This document shows, piece after piece, positions 59,002-64,000 of a stretch of DNA of 64,000 nucleotides. The stretch lies in the NCBI GenBank assembly GCA_037379885.1, contig JARRJC010000002.1:42454-106453 (forward strand), written 5' to 3'. The number at the start of each line of letters is the position of its first letter. The first letter of the stretch is position 1. Source of the stretch: Limibacillus sp. Its GTDB lineage: Bacteria > Pseudomonadota > Alphaproteobacteria > Kiloniellales > CECT-8803. The position numbers and the translations under genes are program-made. The notes beneath the pieces were generated by a model, which was given only the letters and a program-made list of their open reading frames with translations, was not told the origin of the DNA and did no database searches.

Positions 59002-62000
59002 CTAGCGCGACACCAGGGATTTCAGCCGCCGGTTGGCCACCGCCAGCATGGCGAAGTCCGGCTGGCCGGAGGCCCTCAGCTCGCCGATCATCTGCTCGGC
59101 GCGGTTGACCAGCGTCTTGCGCTGGGCGGTCCAGCTTTCGACGATCTTGGTCTTGTCCTTGGCGTCCTTGCTCTCGGTCAGCACCCGGTTCGTCAGTTCG
59201 GACTGGTGCTCGTAGAGATCGTCCACGATGGCCGTGATCGCCAGCTTGTCCCAGGCGTTGTCGCTGGGCAGGCGGCCCGCCGAGCGGCGCAGCCAGTCGA
59301 TGCCGAAGCGGCTGCCGATGGCGAAGTAGGTCTTGGCGACGGCGGTCGCGTCGAGACCGCTGGCATGGGCCGACTCCACGATGTCGCCGGCCGGCACCAT
59401 CCAGGCGAAGGAGGCGATGCGGACCGCCAGTTCCTTGGGCACGCCCTCCTTCACAAAGCGTTCGGCCGTGTCATTCAGGACCTTCACGTCGCTGGCCGGT
59501 AGAATCTTGCCCACCTCCGCGCAGAGCGCGCGGGCGCCCGGCCGGTAGCGGTCGACCGCGTCGGAGATGTCCATGGGCGCTTCGATGTTGCGCAGCAGCC
59601 AGACCGTCATGCGTTCGACCAGCCGCCCGCACTCCACCAGCATGCGGTACTGGGTCGCGGAGGCGACCTTGTTGTCCAGCGCCTCGATCTCCGCCCAGCG
59701 CTCCCGCATGTCGAAGATATCGCGGGCCGCCACGTAGGCCCGCGCGATGTCGGGCGAGGGCATGCCGGTCTTCTCCGCCACCTCGTGGATGAAGGAGATG
59801 CCGACCCGGTTGATGAGGGAGTTGGTCAGCGCCGTCGCAACGATCTCCCGGCTCAGCCTGTGGTTCTCGATCTGCTTTGCGTATTTCTTCCTGAGCGCGG
59901 TCGGGAAGTAGTTGATCAGGTCGCTCGCAAGGTCCTCCTCATCCGGCAGGTCGGAGCCCAGCAGCTCGTCATAGAGCGCGATCTTGGAGTAGGACAGCAG
60001 GATCGCCAGTTCCGGACGGGCCAGACCCTGACGGCGCTTCATGCGCTCGTCGATGGTCTCGTCGTCGGGCAGGTTCTCGATCCGGCGGCTCAGCAGCCCC
60101 TGCTTCTCCAGGGAGCGCATGTAGCGGGCCAGCCGGTCCAGCAGGTGCGCGGACATGGTGTGGGTGATGGAGATCGCCTGGGTCTGCAGATAGTTGTCGC
60201 GCAGAACCAATTCGGCGACTTCGTCGGTCATCTCCACCAGCAGCTTGTCGCGCTGCTTGCGGGTCATGTCGCCGTCCTGCTCCACGTCGCCCAGCAGGAT
60301 CTTGATGTTGACCTCGTGGTCCGAACAGTCGACGCCCGCCGAGTTGTCGATGGAGTCGGTGTTGAGCCGCCCGCCGAGCAGCCCGTACTGGATGCGCGCG
60401 CGCTGGGTCATGCCCAGATTGGCGCCCTCGCCCACCACCTTGCAGCGCAGCTCCGTTGCGTCGACGCGCAGCGCGTCGTTGGCCCGGTCGCCGACCTGAA
60501 GGTCGTTCTCCTCGCTGGCCTTCACGTAGGTGCCGATGCCGCCGAACCAGAGCAGTTCGGCCTCCGACTTCAGGATCGAGCGGATCAGCTCGTTGGGCGT
60601 CACCTGATCCTGCTTGATGTCGAAGCACTTCTTGATCTCCGGCGTCAGCTTAATCGACTTGGCCTTGCGCTCGAAGATGCCGCCGCCCTTGGAGATCAGC
60701 TTTGCGTCGTAGTCGGCCCAGGTCGTGCGCGGCGTCTCGAAGAGCCGCTTGCGCTCGGCGAAGGACGTCTTCACGTCCGGGTCGGGGTCGATGAAGATGT
60801 GCATGTGGTTGAAGGCGGCCTGCAGCTTGATGCAAGGGGACAGCAGCATGCCGTTGCCGAAGACGTCGCCCGCCATGTCGCCCACGCCGATCACGGTGAA
60901 GGGCTCTTCCTGGATGTTCTTGCCAAGCTCGCGGAAGTGGCGCTTCACCGATTCCCACGCGCCGCGCGCGGTGATGCCCATCTTCTTGTGGTCATAGCCC
61001 GCCGATCCGCCGGAGGCGAAGGCGTCGTCCAGCCAGAAGCCGTAGTCCACCGAGACGCCGTTGGCGATGTCGGAGAAGGTCGCGGTGCCCTTGTCGGCGG
61101 CGACCACCAGATAGGGATCGTCGGCATCATGGCGCAGCACCGAGGGCGGCGGCGCCACCTCGCCCTTCACCAGATTGTCGGTGATGTCCAGAAGGCCCCG
61201 GATGAAGGTCTTGTAGCAGGCGATGCCTTCCTCCTGGAAAGCCTCGCGGCCCGCCTCGGGCGGCGGCGGCTGCTTGAGCACGAAGCCGCCCTTCGAGCCG
61301 ACCGGCACGATCACCGCGTTCTTGACCTGCTGGGCCTTCACCAGGCCCAGGATTTCCGTGCGGAAGTCCTCGCGCCGGTCCGACCAGCGCAGGCCGCCGC
61401 GCGCGACCATGCCGAAGCGCAGGTGGACGCCTTCGATGCGCGGGCTGTAGACGAAGATCTCCCGGAAGGGCTTGGGCTCCGGGAGCTCCTCCAGGTCGCG
61501 GCTGGAGAACTTGATGGAGACGTAGTCCTTGGGCTGCCCATCCTCGCCCGGCTGATAGAAATTGGTCCTGAGCGAACAGAGGATCGCGTTCAGGAAGCGC
61601 CGGATGATGCGGTCCTGATCGAGGTTGGAGACCTGCTCCAGCCCCGCTTCGATCTCCCGCACCAACTGGTCCTGGGCCTTCTGGTCGCCGCCGCCATCGG
61701 GATCGAAGCGGGCCTCGAAGACCTTGACCAGCAGTTCGGCCAGTTCCGGATTGGCCGAGAGCGTGTCTTCCATGTAGTCCTGGCTGAAGGGTATCGCGGC
61801 CTGACGCAGGTACTTGCAGTAGATGCGCAGCACGATGACCTGACGCGCCGTCAAGCCCGCGCGCAAGACCAGGCGGTTGAAACCGTCGTCCTCCATGGTG
61901 CCGGTCCAGACCCGCTCGAAGGCGTCGTGGAAGTACTCCTTGACGCGCGGCAGGTCGATCGGATGGCCGTCCTGGGTGCGCGCCTGGAAGTCATGAATCC

Positions 62001-63906
62001 ATACGCTGTCGGATGTTTTCAGGGGATGCACCTCGAAGGGGACTTCCGCGATCACCTTCAGGCCCATGTGCTCCATCATCGGCAGCACGTCCGAAAGCGG
62101 CACGGGGTCGCCGCCGTGGTAAATCTTGAAATGAATCTGATCGTCGCCCTTCTCCAGCGGGCGGTAGAGGTTCATGCCGAGCCGCCCGTCGCGCTGGACC
62201 TGCTCGATCTTCGCGATGTCGAAGACGCCGGTGCGCGCGGAGTACATCTCGGCGTAGTTGGCGGGAAAGGCGTGAAGGTAGCGGCGCGACATGGCAAGGC
62301 CGCGTTCCTCTCCGAGCTCTTCGACCAGCGCTTCCTCCAAGAGGTCGGACCAGTTGCGGCTGGCCTCCGCGAGCCGGGCCTCCAGGGCCTCCAGATCGAC
62401 GGCCGGAATCCCGCCCTGGCGCGTGCGCACCAGAATATGGACCCGCGCCAAGGCCTCGTCGGAGAGCTGGGTGTAGGCCGCCGAGACCTCGCCGTCGAAG
62501 GCGTCCTCCAGGATGTCCTGGAACTTCCGCCGCAGCTTGGTGTCGAAGCGGTCGCGCGGCGAGAAGACGAGGCAGGAGACGAAGCGCTCGAAGGGGTCTT
62601 GCCGCACGAAAAGCGCGGTGCGGCGCCGTTCCTGCAGATGCAGGATGCCGAGCGCGATCTCCAGCAGCTTGTCCTCGCTGATCTGGAACAGCTCGTCGCG
62701 CGGGTAGCTGTCGAGGATGTGGGCCAGCGCCTTGGCGTCGTGGCCGCCCGCGGGGAAGCCCGCCTTTTCGATCACCCGGTCGACCTTCTGGCGCAGCAGC
62801 GGGATGTCGCGCGGGCTGCGCGAATAGGCGACGGAGGTGAACAGGCCGATGAAGAGCCGCTCGCCCAGGACCTTGCCGTTCGCGTCCAGCTTCTTGACCA
62901 CGACGGTATCCATGTGGGCCGGGCGGTGGACCATGGAGCGGCGGTTCGACTTGGTGATGCGCAGCAGGGTTGGTTGACGCACGAAGTCCTGCACGTCGGG
63001 CGGCAGCTTGCCCAGGTTGCGCAGGCCGTCGAAGACCGCGAAGTCCATGTCGCGAAGGATGCCGAGGCTGGCGGACTCGTCGATCCGCGCCACCGCCTTC
63101 TTGCCCGTCCCCTCGAAGCTGTACTCGCGGTAGCCGAGATAGGTGAAGTGGTCGTCGTCGAGCCAGCTCAGGAAATCCAGGCCCTCGTTGATCTCCTTCT
63201 GGTGCAGCTTGGGCGGCGACTGCTTGAGCTCCTTGACCAGGTCGCGAAGGCGCTCGCGCATGGTGCGCCAGTCGGCGACCGCGTAGGCGACCTGCTCCAG
63301 CACCTTCAGCAGCCAGGCCTCAAGCTCCTTGTGACGCTCGACCGGCTGCTCGGCGACCTGGACATGGATGAAGGATTCGCGCGACCCCTTGCCGTCCTTG
63401 GCGAAACCGGTGACCTCGCCGGACTTGTCGCGCGTCAGCGTGGCGATCGGGTGAATGACCAAGGCGGGTTCCGCCTCTTCGCGGGACAGCGCGGCGGTCA
63501 CGGAGTCGACCAGGAAGGGCATGTCGTCGTTGATGATCTCAACCACGGTATGGGCCGACTGCCAGCCGTGCTCCTCCTGGCGCGGGGTGTAGACGCGGAC
63601 CTGCGCGCCCTTGCCTTTGCGCTTGCGCCCGAAGTTCCAGATGGAGAGAGCCGCACCGTAGAGGTTCTCCGCCGTCTCCCCGACGAGGTCGACGGGCGGA
63701 ACGCCCTCAAAGAAGCAGCGCGCGAACTCTTCGGCGTCCTTGCGCCTGGCCGCGGGAACCCGATCCTCAATCATCGCGATCACCTTGGCGACGAGGTCTT
63801 CCTTGGCCTGGTCAGCTTGCTTCATCATGAGACGGACGTCCTCCCACCCGTTTTCCGAAAAGGCGGCGGCAGCGGCTTGGTCAAGACGCTCCTGCCACCC
63901 TGTCAT
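59002..63906 (-). CDS. gdhZ: Large NAD-specific glutamate dehydrogenase (about 180 kDa class, GdhB/GdhZ type)
   Basis: 1634 aa. Characteristic blocks include ...RFGMVARGGLRWSDRREDFRTEILGLVKAQQVKNAVIVPVGSKGGFV... and ...GGSAGYDHKKMGITARGAWESVKRHF... Confidence 0.95.
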   Translation of the reverse strand: MTGWQERLDQAAAAAFSENGWEDVRLMMKQADQAKEDLVAKVIAMIEDRVPAARRKDAEEFARCFFEGVPPVDLVGETAENLYGAALSIWNFGRKRKGKGAQVRVYTPRQEEHGWQSAHTVVEIINDDMPFLVDSVTAALSREEAEPALVIHPIATLTRDKSGEVTGFAKDGKGSRESFIHVQVAEQPVERHKELEAWLLKVLEQVAYAVADWRTMRERLRDLVKELKQSPPKLHQKEINEGLDFLSWLDDDHFTYLGYREYSFEGTGKKAVARIDESASLGILRDMDFAVFDGLRNLGKLPPDVQDFVRQPTLLRITKSNRRSMVHRPAHMDTVVVKKLDANGKVLGERLFIGLFTSVAYSRSPRDIPLLRQKVDRVIEKAGFPAGGHDAKALAHILDSYPRDELFQISEDKLLEIALGILHLQERRRTALFVRQDPFERFVSCLVFSPRDRFDTKLRRKFQDILEDAFDGEVSAAYTQLSDEALARVHILVRTRQGGIPAVDLEALEARLAEASRNWSDLLEEALVEELGEERGLAMSRRYLHAFPANYAEMYSARTGVFDIAKIEQVQRDGRLGMNLYRPLEKGDDQIHFKIYHGGDPVPLSDVLPMMEHMGLKVIAEVPFEVHPLKTSDSVWIHDFQARTQDGHPIDLPRVKEYFHDAFERVWTGTMEDDGFNRLVLRAGLTARQVIVLRIYCKYLRQAAIPFSQDYMEDTLSANPELAELLVKVFEARFDPDGGGDQKAQDQLVREIEAGLEQVSNLDQDRIIRRFLNAILCSLRTNFYQPGEDGQPKDYVSIKFSSRDLEELPEPKPFREIFVYSPRIEGVHLRFGMVARGGLRWSDRREDFRTEILGLVKAQQVKNAVIVPVGSKGGFVLKQPPPPEAGREAFQEEGIACYKTFIRGLLDITDNLVKGEVAPPPSVLRHDADDPYLVVAADKGTATFSDIANGVSVDYGFWLDDAFASGGSAGYDHKKMGITARGAWESVKRHFRELGKNIQEEPFTVIGVGDMAGDVFGNGMLLSPCIKLQAAFNHMHIFIDPDPDVKTSFAERKRLFETPRTTWADYDAKLISKGGGIFERKAKSIKLTPEIKKCFDIKQDQVTPNELIRSILKSEAELLWFGGIGTYVKASEENDLQVGDRANDALRVDATELRCKVVGEGANLGMTQRARIQYGLLGGRLNTDSIDNSAGVDCSDHEVNIKILLGDVEQDGDMTRKQRDKLLVEMTDEVAELVLRDNYLQTQAISITHTMSAHLLDRLARYMRSLEKQGLLSRRIENLPDDETIDERMKRRQGLARPELAILLSYSKIALYDELLGSDLPDEEDLASDLINYFPTALRKKYAKQIENHRLSREIVATALTNSLINRVGISFIHEVAEKTGMPSPDIARAYVAARDIFDMRERWAEIEALDNKVASATQYRMLVECGRLVERMTVWLLRNIEAPMDISDAVDRYRPGARALCAEVGKILPASDVKVLNDTAERFVKEGVPKELAVRIASFAWMVPAGDIVESAHASGLDATAVAKTYFAIGSRFGIDWLRRSAGRLPSDNAWDKLAITAIVDDLYEHQSELTNRVLTESKDAKDKTKIVESWTAQRKTLVNRAEQMIGELRASGQPDFAMLAVANRRLKSLVSR

Positions 63907-64000
63907 TCAGCGCCTTTGCGGCGCGCTTCCCCGACGTTTTGACCGAAAGGCTATCCCATCGTATCGCTGGCCGAAAGCCCCCTGCACAGGGAATCCGACC

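Noticed and set aside
59785-63942. 1385-aa plus-strand ORF antisense to the giant NAD-glutamate dehydrogenase.
   Set aside because: The minus-strand product has the conserved NAD-GDH blocks. From memory, antisense translations of this gene have been mis-annotated as a protein family and flagged as spurious. There is no SD and the composition is biased.

Overview
GC-rich chromosomal segment, probably alphaproteobacterial. That guess rests on the sdhCDAB order, the thrS-infC-rpmI-rplT-pheST cluster, the giant NAD-glutamate dehydrogenase and the bactofilin; no search was run. All calls come from reading the ORF-track proteins and the DNA by eye. Family names are motif recognition from memory, not database hits. 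Many ORF-track entries are GC-driven antisense ORFs or N-terminally over-extended, so I trimmed starts to codons with a Shine-Dalgarno (SD).

Layout:
- 1-15.3 kb: aromatic-acid/acyl-CoA catabolic supra-operon. It holds a BoxD/PaaZ-type aldehyde dehydrogenase, a hydrolase, a benzoate-CoA-ligase-like enzyme, DUF4863, two crotonases, a long 3-hydroxyacyl-CoA dehydrogenase and a Liv-type ABC importer. A CoA-transferase A/B pair and a beta-ketoadipyl-CoA-type thiolase are transcribed divergently.
- 15.4-19.7 kb: RND efflux pair whose adaptor gene carries an in-frame TAG.
- 19.7-30.7 kb: the only accessory-looking stretch. It contains mini membrane proteins, a PQQ sugar dehydrogenase, a decayed gene fragment and a 14-bp tandem repeat. 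It also holds a SAM-cyclase-STAND-TPR giant, a stand-alone histidine-kinase-DHp-like mini-protein, and katG behind a perfect PerR-type 7-1-7 box. An SRPBCC protein, a second cyclase (TolB-N-like + TPR) and tRNA-Ser(GGA) complete it.
- 30.9-64 kb: housekeeping genes, including lepA, a TetR regulator, pheST, rplT, rpmI, infC, thrS, typA, ampG, nth, sdhCDAB and the NAD-GDH. Mixed in are a glycosyltransferase, hydrolases, a macro-domain protein, DUF4336, an adenosine-kinase-like protein, an EI24/CysZ-like protein and a bactofilin.

No transposase, integrase, phage gene, CRISPR array or recognisable toxin-antitoxin or defence operon was seen.

Most interesting candidates:
- the two-cyclase / DHp mini-protein / katG block next to tRNA-Ser;
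- the amber-interrupted RND adaptor;
- an orphan 13-bp-stem hairpin with a CU-rich anti-SD-like loop upstream of an SDR gene.

None of these is proven to be a new system.
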